Part shown: positions 41,457 through 54,630 of the stretch, one piece after another
Position numbering within the stretch: position 1 is the stretch's first letter
How the letters are laid out: the number at the start of each line of letters is the position of its first letter
Assembly (NCBI GenBank): GCA_017499595.2
Contig: CM039003.1
Span: 2,604,001 to 2,668,000 of the forward strand
Length of the DNA: 64,000 nucleotides
Direction: 5' to 3'
Source: Psilocybe cubensis
Lineage: Eukaryota
Made by a program: the position numbers and the translations under genes
The notes under the pieces: model-generated
What the model was told of the DNA's origin: nothing
Databases searched by the model: none
What the model saw: the letters and a program-made list of their open reading frames with translations, nothing else

Positions 41457-44400
41457 ATGCTCCTCTCAACGTCGGAGTGGCAGATACCCATTGTTGATAT
41501 GGGCGGATTGCCAGCCATGAAGGTGCAGGGGGTGATTGAAGACATGTGCGTACATCATATGTGTTATATCCTGAAGCCCCAATGAAGCATTCAAACCATC
41601 AGAATTTTGAACAAATCTCTTGTTATTCCATTCTATTGTGCTGGCTTCTTCGCTACTATCCAGATCCTACATGCTTTGATATCAACCTTCCGAAGGAATG
41701 CAGCGACGTCTCCGGCCAGTGCTCCCGATGAATCGCATGTCGATAGTGGAAGTGGTTTTCTGCAGTCTCGAATTCATGAATTAGGAGGCCGGAGGATGTT
41801 TGCTTTTTATCTGGCACGCCTTACTGGCTGTATTGCGCTATCCATTTTATCAGCAATATCTCTACAGACATGTCAAAACGATCCGATAAACTTGGATTCG
41901 ACAGATTGGCTAGGTTGCCCAGAAACATACGTATTTATGACATTTGTAAGCCTCTGTCCTCCTGGCGAAATGCATGGTCTTGACCTCTTGAAAAGTTGTA
42001 TTCCACCCTTTTGGCTCTAACGTCAATTTTGATTGACAAATGGAGTATATTGGCGACCAGATACAATATTGTTCTCTTGTTAGTCACTCTTGCAGTATAC
42101 GCTGCCAGAGACGTGTGGCCTTTAGCTACCGTTGAGGAGATCCCGATGGATACAGCCTACGGTAACCTTCTCTGGGTTCGAATTGCAATTCTTGCAGTAA
42201 CCGCATTGATTGTTCCATTGTTCATTCCTCGACGCTATATTCCCATTGACCCAAAGGTAAGAACTTCTTTCTCATGTGTGTACCAGTTATTAATCTCTTG
42301 TTTAGGACCCTATGCCAGTCACGAATGACGAACAAACGTGCTCCATTTTCGCGCTGTTTGTGTACACTTATCTTGACCCTGTCATCCTCTTGGGATATCG
42401 CGTGCCGCATCTGCGTTTCGACCAATTGCCACCATTATCTGATTCGGATTATGCAAAACACCTAACTAATTTCGCATTTCCGGTATGGTCCCACATTTCT
42501 TTGGAGGATTTTAGTTGATATAATCATCGTTTCAGCATTTGGACGTGTTCAAAGGCGCCAAGCGACGGCACCTCTTCTTTGGTTTGATGCGCGTGTTCAG
42601 TGAGTGCTAATTCATGGTATACTGAGAGAGTAATTCACAAATTTATTGTTCAGGAAAGGAGTATACGATTGTAGGGTTTACCATCATAATGCAAGGGCTC
42701 TTCCAGTTCTTGTCCCCCATTGGGGTAAACCGTATCCTAATGTAAGTCATTCATTGCAAATTACAACATCATCTGACATTGTGTAGCTATCTCGAAACAA
42801 ACGGCGAGAACGCTACGGTTCGACCGTGGTTCTGGATACTCTGTCTTTTCTGCGGCCCATTTTTCCGTGCCATCGCCTTTCAGTGGTACATCTTCATCGC
42901 AACAAGGACACTTGTTCGCACCGAGGCGATACTCACGCAGCTGGTGTTTGAGCATAGTCTTCGCATACGCATCAAAGCGGAGACGGCTGATACGCATGAT
43001 GGCCCGGGCGTGACAGACTCCGACGTCGATATGACGGTCGGCACTCCAGATACGTCGTCCATTGCCGAAAGCGCCTCGCCGGAAAGTGAAAATGATGCAG
43101 CTAGCGTCTCGACGGAAGGTATCTCCAGGACAGCCTCGGAAGCGACCGTTACCGGGTCGTCCATCAAGAAAGGGAAGACAAAGTCTGGCTCGACTGGATC
43201 GCCACCTCCCTCTAAAGAGGAGAGGGGGAAGCCAGACGACGCAAATTTGATTGGGAAGATCAACAACTTGGTCACGTCAGATTTGAATAACATTGTTGAA
43301 GCTAGAGATTTTATACATCTTTGTAAGTCTACAATTTCTGGCTGGTGTCCTAAACTTTAAACTTGGTTTTAGTTGTTTCGGTTCCTCTTCAGGTTACACT
43401 CTGTGTCGTTTTTCTTTACCAGTTACTAGGGTGGAGGTGAGATGCACTTGAATCAGCCTTCACGTAATATACTGAATCATCTGAATAGTGCCTTTGTTGG
43501 ACTCTTTACCATAGTAGCGCTCTTCCCTGTGCCTGGGTACATTGCAAAATTGATTCAAGGTGCCCAGAGGGTCAGGATGAAGAAGGTAATTCAATTATAT
43601 ATCTTCATCACTTCTGATTGACATGCGGTACAGACCGATGCTCGTATTCAAGATATTACCGAGGGTATGATTTTTTCAAGGATTGTTGGATCAATACCAA
43701 TGACCTATCAACAGCTGTGAACGTTATGCGAATGGTTAAGCTATTTGGCTGGGAACAAAGGATGTCCAAGCGGATCGAAGAGAAAAGAGAGGACGAGCTT
43801 CAATCGATCTGGAGACTCAAGGTATTCTTCCATGTTGCATCGCTCTGGGCAATTGACCTTAATTTGTTTATAGGTTCTCAGCGCATTAAACGGGATTGTA
43901 AAGTTAGTCTGAACCTAGTATATCGCTTGCAGTGTAACCTGACACTCATCAAATTAGCTATCTTATTCCGACAATTACAATGATCGCCACCTACACTGCG
44001 TACACAATGATTATGAAAGGGGAACTTACACGTAAGTCCTATAGTCATATCTCCCATTGACGCATTGTTGATGCCAAATGACATGGATCACAGCATCAAA
44101 AATCTTTTCAAGTATCACTGTGTTCAACATTTTGAGACTGCAACTCAACCGGATATCGTACCAAGTTACAGCTTTGATTCAAGGTTCAGCTTTTCTCAAC
44201 GCTTGAATGGAAATTTTTCTGACTACAACAAATTTAGGCAAGGTATCGCTGGACCGCATGGACGAATTTTTGAAGAAAACCGAATTGTTGGATGCGTTCT
44301 CGGAAAATCAACCATCCATCCCCGACACTCATGATAAGAGTGTGATAGGATTCAAGAACGCTACCTTTTCCTGGTCTTTCGAGCCAAAGGATGGCTCGCT

Positions 44401-47400
44401 CACCCCTAGAAGCCGTTCCTTCAGACTCAGAATCAACGAGGAACTCGCGTTTAAACCAGATTGTATAAATCTCATTATTGGCCCAACGTACGTATCACTG
44501 TATGTTATTGAGGGTGCAACTAATGCTTAGTCTTTTTACAGGGGTTCTGGGAAAACGTCTATGCTAATGGCGCTTCTTGGTTTGTTTGATTGGCATGCGT
44601 CTACTTAACCTTTATCAATCTGATTTTATCTCATCAGGCGAAATGCATTTCATTCCATCTAATCCCGATTCGTGGTTTAACCTCCCCCGGGCAGATGGTG
44701 TGGCATTTGCTGCTCAGGAATCTTGGGTCCAAAATGAGACTATTCGGGAGAATATATTATTTGGTTCCCCCTATAACGAGACGCGTTACAAAAAAGGTGG
44801 GCGCCTTTACGAAGTGTATTGAGCAAGTGAATAACAATGCACGACTACACACAGTAATTCGCCAGTGCGCTCTTGAAAGAGACCTGGAATTGTTTGAAGC
44901 TGGAGATGCAACCGAGGTTGGTGAAAAGGGGCTTACTTTGAGGTTTGTAATTTATTGTTCTGAAATTTCACAATCTGATGTTTTCACTCAGTGGTGGGCA
45001 AAAGGTAGAATACTGTTCAAATAATGTGTAGCCACTAATTCAGGATTGCTTTCATCCAATAGGCACGCATTACTCTAGCACGTGCAGTCTACTCACCTGC
45101 GAAGATCCTCTTACTGGATGACGTATTAGCCGCACTGGACGTCCATACGTAAGATTTTATAAACTTGATTCAATATGGCCTTCGCTGAAAATTTGCAAAA
45201 GGTCTACCTGGATAGTCAACCAATGCTTCCGAGGGGATTTGATCAAAGGGAGAACAGTTTTGCTTGTAGTAAGCCCTATTGTTTCTCCGTAGTGTCATAT
45301 TTTTCTCAGAAACACCTTTCAAGACACATAATGTCGCATTGGCCACTCCTATTGCTGAATACATCGTCTCTCTAGCGCAGGATGGCTCAGTTAAGGCGCG
45401 CGACAATGATATAGCTATGGCCATCGCACATGATCCCGACTTGGCGAAAGAAATGGAGTTAGACGGTCAGCGATTGGACGTGGCAAATCAAGAAGTTACA
45501 TCCCTTGCGAAAAAGGATACTCCAAGCAATGGAAAACTCATTATGAAGGAAGAAATAGCAGAAGGGCACGTTACCTGGAAGTCCATCAAACTGTTTCTGT
45601 CTGGATTGGGCGGAAACTACCCATTTGTGTTTTTCTCTCTGTGGTTATCGGGAAATATTCTGACTGACTGGATAACAACCCTTCAAACCTGGTTCCTTGG
45701 ATACTGGGGCTCGCAGTATGAAAACCACGCACCGTCGGAAGTCCACGCATTTTAGTGCGTTTTCTGTCTGTTCTAGTAATGTATATGAATACTGACGATC
45801 GACCCTGTGTCAGCTATCTTGCCACGTATTCCTCTCTTTTGCTCGGGGCAGCAATTATGTATACATCGGCTTACATGTATTTTATCTATGGGTCGATGAG
45901 AGCTGCGAGGGTCATAAATGCATCATTGGTTGGCTCTGTTCTTTCTAGCACGCTACGGTAAGTCTGACACATTCAATCACTTTCCTCCTTGTATATCAAG
46001 AATCCTAATCGCTGGGACGCAGCTGGTTAGATGAAACCCCGACTGGAAGGATAATTGCCCGGTGTACTCAAGATATACGAGCCGTTGACGGTGTGGTTCC
46101 ACAATCATTTGCTGATTTGACGGAATTGGCGATTTCGATGGTAACCAAGATAGGGGTTATTGTTATTTTTACACCCTTATTTTTAGCCCCGGGATTGGGA
46201 GTAGCGGCTCTGGGGTTATATCTAGGAAACATGTATCTTAAGGCTCAGCTGTCGGTGAAAAGGGAAATGAGGTTCGTGTCTTTGTCTAGTCACTTTTTAC
46301 TTTACAGAAGTTCTCACTTTGAATCTCCCTGATAGCAACGCTCGGTCACCTCTTTTGGCTCACTTCAGTGCCGCTATTCAGGGGATAGGTGGGTCCTTTT
46401 TTCTGAGCCTTTCAGTTATACATTGACATGAGTAGTCTCAATCCGTGCATATAACGCACAGCAGCCTTTCAAGGCAGAATCCCTGAAACGTATTGATCAC
46501 TATGTCAGGATAGCGCGCATGTCGTATAATCTGAACAGATGGATTGGAATTCGAATTGACTTACTCGGCGATATATTCACTGCTTCGTTAGCCTCTTATC
46601 TTGTGTACGGTCATGCGTTGGGAGCTGCAAACACGGGCTTCTCACTCAATCTCGCGGTGGATTTTTGCTCGATGATTTTGTGGTGGGTTAGATTTTTTAA
46701 CGAATTTGAAGTTCAAGCCAACAGGTGTGTATATACACATCAACTGTATTATGGATATTAAATCTAAACATTCATTTAGTCTGGAGCGTATCCAAGGATT
46801 CATTGACATCGAACATGAGCCAAAGCCTACAGAAGATGGAAAGCCACCAGCTGCATGGCCTACATCTGGAGATTTGCGAGTAGAAAATCTATCCGCTCGC
46901 TACTCACAGGTACATAGAGCGTTCCAATGTAGCATTCCTAGCTGATCTCTGCTCTGCAGACCGGTCCAAAGGTTTTACACGATTTATCATTCCATATCAA
47001 GTCTGGAGAAAGAATAGGAATAGGTGAGCATCTGAAACGATACTTTCTTCCAAGTTGAACCTCACCTTATCGTATTATTCTAGTCGGGAGAACTGGAAGT
47101 GGAAAGGTCAGATTGGATCAACTCAGATGTTCGCTGCGAATCTAACGCGATTCAATATATAGAGCTCGTTGACTTTATCCCTTCTTAGATGCATAATAAC
47201 AGAGGGGACGGTGTATTATGATGGTCTTGCGACAGACAAGATCAATTTGGACGCTTTGCGATCAAATATTACCATCATCCCTCAAACTGTAAGTACACTT
47301 TCAAATCACGGATATAGGACCTTCGACTCATGGCGTTACTCGACTTTTAGCCTGAGTTGCTGAGTGGTGAGTCTACCAAAATCATAGACTTGGATTTTGA

Positions 47401-48135
47401 ATAATTTCGCGGAACTAGGAACCCTCCGGCGCAACCTTGACCCATTTGAACAACACGGAGATGCAGTGTTGAACGATGCTCTTCGAGCAGCAGGGTTATT
47501 TTCACTCCAAGAAGAGCTTGGTGAAGCACGCCTCACGCTTGATAGTAACATTGCTAGTGCGGGCAGCAACCTCTCGGTGGGTCAAAAGCAGATTTTAGCC
47601 CTTGCTCGTGCCATGGTTAGAGGAAGTAAACTTTTAATTCTGGATGAAGGTCCGTTTTCGAGAGAGTTGGTTTCTTATTCACTGATACATAGACTACACC
47701 ATCAGCTACATCCGCCATTGGTAAGACTTTTATCGTTAAGTTGTTTGTAGGCTGGAGAAACGAAAACTTTGTTTAGATTATACTACCGATTCAGTGATCC
47801 AGACAACGTTGAGGCACCATTTACCTCCAGATGTGACAGTCATCACGGTAGCGCATAGGCTTCAAACGATAATGGATGCAGACAAAATTGTGCGTTTAAT
47901 TTTATTATCTTTGAAAAACCTACTAACACCCAATTAGATGGTCCTTGATAGTGGACGAATTGTAATCCCCTTGTCTTGGATACTTCAAATGTGATTACTG
48001 ATGTAATTCCCTAAGGTTGAATTCGATAAGCCTCTGTCTCTTCTTAAGAAGGAAGGGAGTGTCCTCAAAGCACTAGTTGACGAAAGTGGGGATAAAGATA
48101 CGCTTTATGCGATGGCAGAATCAGGTAGAGTATGA
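41457..48135 (+). CDS. Full-size ABCC/MRP-type ABC transporter with very many introns
   Basis: NBD1 [22 protein letters not shown] and [13 protein letters not shown]2 [23 protein letters not shown] and VAHRL; two TMDs. TGA at 48133-48135; the start codon is less certain. Confidence 0.92.
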
Positions 48136-48250
48136 TGCATCTGATGTTTTAAGCCTTTGATCCCTTCTAGCAGTTACATTTTCGAAATGAAATTATTTTT
48201 TACAACTACAACACTATACAGATAATGGGACAATATCGGGCTACTCCTGT

Positions 48251-49729
48251 TTAGTTCTGAACGCCTAACTTTTTTAACCTGACATCCTGTGGCAAGTTCG
48301 CTAAGTTATGAGCTACTTCACTGAAGTGCTCTCGGGTTTCCTTTCCCTTCTTCACTTTCTTTGCCCAGCGATTGGTGAAACGTACCAGGGCCTCCTTTTC
48401 TGGAGTCGCATCCATAACACCTTCTTCATCTTCATCCGTCTCAAAATCTACTTTGGGCGATGGAGAAAAGTTTACCCAGTCCCTTGTGCACATGTTCTGT
48501 CGCAGCGCCTTGATAGCCAAAGACAGAAATTCGCTTGCATATGCAATTTCATGCATGCGGCACCTTCTCCCAGCGATTTCTTCCATCATCGATACGATGT
48601 CAGCCACAGATTCCCGTCCAAAATCGTTCGACAGGGAGATACGATGTGCTCTTGGGTCCCGGAGAACAGACATGTAACGTTTAGGTTCGAATAACAGGCT
48701 GTGCGCACCACAAGGTTTGGTCCACTTCTTGTCAACAAAGTACCCTGGGACAGTCCTGCTGCACTCGGCTAGATTATACTTGCGGTATGGAGCCGTGTCA
48801 ACCACACATGCCATGTTGAACGTATACATGCCCAGATCCAGATACCACTCTGCATTTCCCGATGTTCTGATATAGATTCTATAGTGATCATCTGGGTCTT
48901 GGCCGTGCCATGGGTAATTGATATCGGTTAAGTGATACAGCAGCCTATCAACACCAGTCACAAACGCGCGACCTTGAACAATGCCAAAGTCGGTGACAGG
49001 CTTTTCGCAACAATTTAGCCTAGCACATCGATTGGGTGTAGTGTTTTGTGAAGGTTGAATTGCTGAGGTTGTATAGATCTCGGAGACTAATGCGATGCAG
49101 ATCGGAAGCAGAGTGGCCACAAGCATGCCTTCGTTAGCAATGCGCTTCCATAGCTTCTCCATGCTTCTAACTGACGGTGCAAGTGGCCACCAGCTTTCCG
49201 TACCACGGATATCTTGGGAAAGAAATACCGGTGTCGCGGAGGGGCCGTTTTCCTCAAGATGAACGAGAGGGTGTGCTTGCGAATTGATATCAATTTTGTT
49301 GGAGACCTTCAGATGAAGCGCTGGATGCATCGCACAATTATACGGCTCCCTGAACGAGGCCGCTATGTACGCAAGGAATGGATAAAAAGAATCAAAAATG
49401 ATCCTATCCGTTTGTTCTGCCCAGAAATCAGTTCTAATAGGAAAGCGATGTATTAATTATCTCGCATGCGTACTACATTGGACCTTATGCTTTCTCCAGT
49501 CTGCACGATGGCATTCCTCTGAGCAGTATGCCGCCTATGACGTGCAAATATTCGTATCAAAAATTGAAAGAGGGAGATTGCTGCAACTACTTACTTGTTG
49601 GCAACCAGTGCATAGCCGCAATTGTGGGCCATCCTTCGATGATTGAAGCATGCAATTTGAACAGATATCCAGTTTCGGGACATACACCTGACGGCGCGCC
49701 TGCGCGGGTTGCGTCCTGAGACCATTCAT
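48251..49729 (-). CDS. MYND-type zinc finger + uncharacterised domain (copy 4, apparently intact)
   Basis: CSNC..CTGCQQ and AAYCSEECHRADWRKHKVQC exons, then WWPLAP, EGMLV..ICIALVSEIYTT, VTDFGI, GQDPDDHYRIY and WYLDLG. Confidence 0.8.
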
Positions 49730-50145
49730 CTTCGAGCCAGAGTCTATGTTCAAGTTGGGTTAAGGCAGAAATTATAAAATTTCGAAAGTATCTACCCCAT
49801 CGATTCCCACGCCACAAGGAGGTGTATAATTTCTCCGTTGATTTGCTTGTGATTGCCGCAGATTTTCGCCGGACCTCCTTTAGCGCCCTGTAAGCGCCCG
49901 TGAACAGTCAACTGTCCAAAGAAATGCAATCAAAATGGAAAATCGTGCGTTTTAATCTTGCGGATTATAGAATGTAAGGTCCATGAATGTGCTTGAACTT
50001 GTTTCGTCTTGACGATGATCAATGGTTTCACCGATCTCCACAACAATAGTCAACAAAACTGATACATTCAACTCTAGACATTCACCATCGACAATCGACA
50101 GGACCCCACGCCATATAATACAGTTTCCCCGTCTCAATCTCCAAC

Positions 50146-52095
50146 ATGTCACCTTCATCCAACAACCTTGTTCAGTCAAGCCAAAGTCATAGAGTTCCAA
50201 TCCCTCAGGCTGTTTTACCATCCGACGAGGTCAAAGCGGAAGATATCAAACATGACATTCTAAAGGAAGAACAAGCAGAAAATTCATCCCCGCATTGCTC
50301 CCGCTATTCCCAACTGTTGGAATCCGATATGCCTTGGTTCCAAGAAGAGTTATCTGCGCGCGCGCGCGTAAATCCCAGTTGTCTTGAATCGGCTCGGCTT
50401 CTCAAAATGTATGAGATAGACATACCTCATGTAATGTCCTCGATCAGGCTTTCCGTGTTGTGTCCGGGCAGTGTGCCGGAATCTCAATGGGAGCGCATAT
50501 TCAAAGGCCTTCCTGTAGATCTTGGGATATTCAGGTCCAATTTGATCCGGACCACTATCGATGAACAACCATCTACTCCAATTTCCACCGCATCTGATTG
50601 GTGTATGGCGTGGTCGTATGCATCCAAGGCCATCGCATTCGCATTCCCCAACCGTATGGCTGCCCAAGTGGGGAAATATTCCCCGTAAACATAATTTGCT
50701 TATTTTTGAGAAGTGTGTCAAAAATAGAAAATGATTTATGCGCGGAAACATTTATTTGGTGCGCAGATTGCTTTCTGAGGCAGTTTGATGAATCCGTAAA
50801 CAAAATTGTCTGCGCGGAAACATATTTCAGACATAATTTGCAAGTGAGAGTGCAATATTTCTGCCCCAAATGAAATTCAACGTGTAAATTACATGCGCGT
50901 AAATAAAATTTGTGCGCTGAACAAACCTTTCAATGCGCGGAAAACATCATTCGAAATGACATTTTCTTGACCAAAGTGGCCAGCCGCGATTGCCTTGATT
51001 ATGTAAATTGATCCATTATGGCACTTCGGCAGAAGTTCAACGAGTTGAAGCTCCGACTGTCCTGTGCAACAGGTATCTTGCCATTACCATTTTGTAGGGT
51101 AAGGTATCAACAACTTTTGGGGCTCCATATATATAGTAACACCTATCTGGTGCTTTTAAAAGCTCCACATTGGTGGTGCAGCTTGTGCACTATCTCAGAC
51201 AGCCCTGGGACTGTTTAAAAACTGTATATATTGTGGGAATAACATCAATCAGTACGTCTCTGCTTGTATGTTGCACGTCTGTGAAGTTGAGCATGTCTAG
51301 ATAAGATTAGAAAGTCATATTAAGACAATATTTAATGAGTAAAAATGTAATTAATGGCCAATAGTACTTCATAAATGGCAGTACAAGAAATCGACACTTT
51401 GTATTGAATTGCAATTCTAGGTTATGCATTCAGTCGGAGCTCTTAACTCCATGAGAATGTGCCGAAGTGCCAGAGTGGATCAATTTACATAATCACGGCA
51501 ATCGCGGCTGGCCACTTTGGTCAAGAAATGGTCATTTCAAATAATGTTTTCCGCGCATTGAAAGGTTTTTTCAGCGCACAAAATGTACTTACGCGCATGT
51601 AATTTACACGTTAAATATAATTTGGAGCAGAAATAATGCACTCGAGCTTGCAAATTATACAAAAAATATATTTCCGCGCAGTCAATTTTGTTTACGGACT
51701 CGTCAAATTTACCTCAAAATCAATCCGGGCACCAAACAAATGTTTCCGCGCACAAGTTTTGTTCTATTATTGACGCACTTCTTAAAAATAAGGAAATTAT
51801 ATTTACGGGGAATATTTCCCCACTTGGGCAGTCATACAACCGCGCATCCGAGCTTCAAGACTACACCGATTATATTCTTGGTCTCTTCGTTGCTCAACAC
51901 GAGTCCGTTCACCACAAAATTATTCGCTATGATATGGCTGTTCGTTGCTTTGTTAAAGGAGGCCACCGGACGCTTCTCACTGATTATCAAGAATTCCAAC
52001 ATCTATGGTTCGCGTTTATGTGTCCCATGGGCGCCAATTATATTCCTCCGAAACTTGCTGGGAAGAAGAGGACAAGGCAAGAAATATCAGAATAA
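50146..52095 (+). pseudogene. Gag-like ORF (resembles ORF1 of basidiomycete DIRS/Ngaro-type retroelements) split by a TIR element
   Basis: Removing 50655-51842 fuses ..AIAFAFPN to RASELQDYTDYILGLF..IIRYDMAVR..LLTD in frame, giving 253 aa. The family assignment is from recalled motif pattern only. Confidence 0.6.
50655..51836. mobile_element. Non-autonomous DNA transposon (foldback/MITE-like), 1182 bp, ~405-bp TIRs
   Basis: Termini are TATGGCTGCCCAAGTGGGGAAATATTCCCCGTAAA and TTTACGGGGAATATTTCCCCACTTGGGCAGTCATA. Arms span ~50655-51059 and ~51431-51836. CAACCG is duplicated at 50649-50654 and 51837-51842. No transposase ORF. Confidence 0.92.
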
Positions 52096-52322
52096 GCGTC
52101 AGATGAAAACATCATAAATCCAGATGGTGAAGTCAAATTATACATTCACAGTCCAAGCATTCACAATTTTTCATAGGCTCCAGTCAATCTCTACTTTATT
52201 GTATCTAAGACAAGTAATCGTGTAGAGGTGTAAATGATAGCTCTTTTATCCATTGCAGAATTTATCTATGGTGTCTAATTGATTCGTACTAGAGAGAACA
52301 AAAATCTTGCTACTATGACCCA

Positions 52323-53549
52323 TCACAAAGTTAATTGTATCCACTGAGGCACATAATCATCGTGTTGTATCTCCCTAAAGTACGTAGGCCGGTTGAATTT
52401 CCCATGATTTTTTTTGTAGTGGCTTAAGACACTATTCTTCCTGGGAGAAGAGTAATCACACCTAGTACAGTATACCCTAACATTCGTATGGCTCTCCAGC
52501 ACGTGGCGTAAATGGGCACCAATAGCCAGCACAGAAGCGCAACCATCGATTTGGCACTCAACAAGTGCCTGGTCCTTTTCTTTTTTTGAGAAGAGCTTAT
52601 GAACCTCCCGGAGGTGTGAGTCTAGCTCACTGAGTCCGTGACAAGTCATCCAACAGCCTTCAAGCGATCCATAGGGACACGGAATATCAGGGAGGTCTTC
52701 AAACCCAACGTTAATGACAGGCCCGTCGTGAAGTACCCGTGGACCTGCGTATTTGTTTTCAACCAGTCTCCGAGCACCGGAGTTTCCCATTCTGGTCGAC
52801 CTGGACGTCTTGATAGTAAATGCGCTCTGGAGCCAACCACTGTCGCTGAGTGTTGTAATCGTTTTCGGTTGCCTTTTGGTACGAACAGTGTCGCGCTCAA
52901 AAGAGTTGGGAGTGTGGTTGGAGGAATCGATTGGCTCTGGGAAAGGAGCCTGATATTGTGGAATACCGCCAAGTTGAAGAAGTGAACCGTCATGCAGGAT
53001 CATAGGGCCTCCCTCTACGGTAGACGCCGAGTGATCAGGCTCTTGATATTGTTCTGGACCTTGGAAATCTTGTGGCGTATCCGCGAGCTCAAGATAGCCG
53101 CCTGTATACATATCAGGACCTGGAAGAAATATGGCAGCTTCCTCGGGCTGACGATTGGGTTCCAGCTCGAGATCAAAACCCTCCGCATGGTACATCGCGT
53201 TGTCAGAACCAGAAAGCTGCTGTTCACCTCCGTAGTTGGGCGTAAAGTTGATATCGTTCTGAACCTTTGGAAATGACATTGACGGTCCCTTTGGCTCATA
53301 CCACGGTGCGCCTGGGGGGACATTAGCGCGTTGAAAAGTGGGGATGCCACCGTTGCTAAAGTTCCGCAATGCTGGTCGCTCCGCTAGTTGGTACTGAGTG
53401 TGATGTTGAGAAGCTGTGATTGCTTGCTGATACCGGTAGTCGTAATTTGCTGGATGATAGTTGGGCTGATGAAGAGTCGTTCTGGTTGCCGGTACATGGC
53501 TGCCAGTGAACTGAGGCAAAGCGAAGGGCTGGAAGTTATGGCTGTCCAT
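52323..53549 (-). CDS. C2H2 zinc-finger protein, intronless, 408 aa
   Basis: C-terminal fingers CPYGSLEGC..HLREVH, CQIDGC..HVLESH and CTRCDY..HYKKNH follow a low-complexity Q/P-rich N-terminus. Confidence 0.8.
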   Translation of the reverse strand: MDSHNFQPFALPQFTGSHVPATRTTLHQPNYHPANYDYRYQQAITASQHHTQYQLAERPALRNFSNGGIPTFQRANVPPGAPWYEPKGPSMSFPKVQNDINFTPNYGGEQQLSGSDNAMYHAEGFDLELEPNRQPEEAAIFLPGPDMYTGGYLELADTPQDFQGPEQYQEPDHSASTVEGGPMILHDGSLLQLGGIPQYQAPFPEPIDSSNHTPNSFERDTVRTKRQPKTITTLSDSGWLQSAFTIKTSRSTRMGNSGARRLVENKYAGPRVLHDGPVINVGFEDLPDIPCPYGSLEGCWMTCHGLSELDSHLREVHKLFSKKEKDQALVECQIDGCASVLAIGAHLRHVLESHTNVRVYCTRCDYSSPRKNSVLSHYKKNHGKFNRPTYFREIQHDDYVPQWIQLTL

Positions 53550-53904
53550 CGCGGTCAGGGAGAAATCGAGGGGGAAAAGAGTTGGTATGAAATGTTTGCG
53601 AGATAACGGCCAGGCTTTATACTAGAGGCCCTCGCATTGAACATCCAATGCGTTCTGGATATAGGCGCCCAGGCCACTTTGCTTGGTTTACAATGGCACT
53701 TGAATAAGTGCCTGGTTTCTTGGATATATTATTGCTGTAGTAACCTCTAACAAAGACCACATATTTGCTTTGGCACACACGTCGTCAGTTATTGGTCCAC
53801 AAAGGTAGCGCTTGACGCGCATTGCTTTGCCGAAAGAAGGAGGAAAATATCCTCTTTTGGTAGGTCATGAGGTCATTGTGTGGCCCGACGCGATGCAACT
53901 GAGA

Positions 53905-54558
53905 TTAAGATTTGAGTCCGTTTGGATCGTAGATCACCTGTAATTATGGAGGATTTAAAGAAGGTTCTTTGCATTGCCTGACTATTTTATCGTCGATTTG
54001 TCGAGATCTCAGATTGGTGTAGTATTAACGGACATTTAGTGTCATTTTCCCATTGGAAAGTATGACTTGTCCCAAAGAATGCCGTCTCTGTATACAACAT
54101 AACCTACATATAAATTCCAATTGATTATTCCAAACTATCTATTGTAGTAAAACACGACAAAAATAGATACATTAATCTCATGATGACGAGGATGGGAGAT
54201 CGGCGACAGAGAATGCAACATGATGACAGACGTGGTTAGCGGGGCCACAAGCAGCATTCAACCCACAAGTTGGTGACTTTATGCCCTGAATATATTATCT
54301 TCTTTATTTCGTTGAATATGTATCAAGGCCACAGTGCGTCACGCGTCATGGTGACCATGGTGCTCGAAGCGCATTGACTCCCGTGACATCCACCTTTGTT
54401 GATCGATGTGGGGCCACTAGGAAACCTAGGTGATGTAGTATCAATTGGATTTGAGTAAGTCAGGTTCGCGGATCAAATAAAGTTATGGAGGATTTATAGA
54501 AAATTCTTCGCATTTCATGGGTACTATGTCATCAATCTGATGAGATCTCAGATAGTGT
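53905..54558 (+). repeat. Degenerate ~110-bp direct repeat pair
   Basis: 53905-54019 and 54445-54558 share gatttgagt..gatca..ttatggaggattta.ag..ttctt.gcatt..actat..gagatctcagat. Confidence 0.6.
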
Positions 54559-54630
54559 CTTTCCGAGCTTCACAAAGAGAAGACGAACATATGGTGTGAC
54601 GATCTGCAATAAAGTTTTCAATGCCACTGT

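Noticed and set aside
39270-48135. Secondary-metabolite cluster around the hydrolase and ABC transporter
   Set aside because: No PKS, NRPS, terpene synthase or RiPP precursor in the window.
51018-51430. Transposase or captured gene inside the TIR element spacer
   Set aside because: Only a 66-aa ORF without DDE or other motifs; the element looks non-autonomous.
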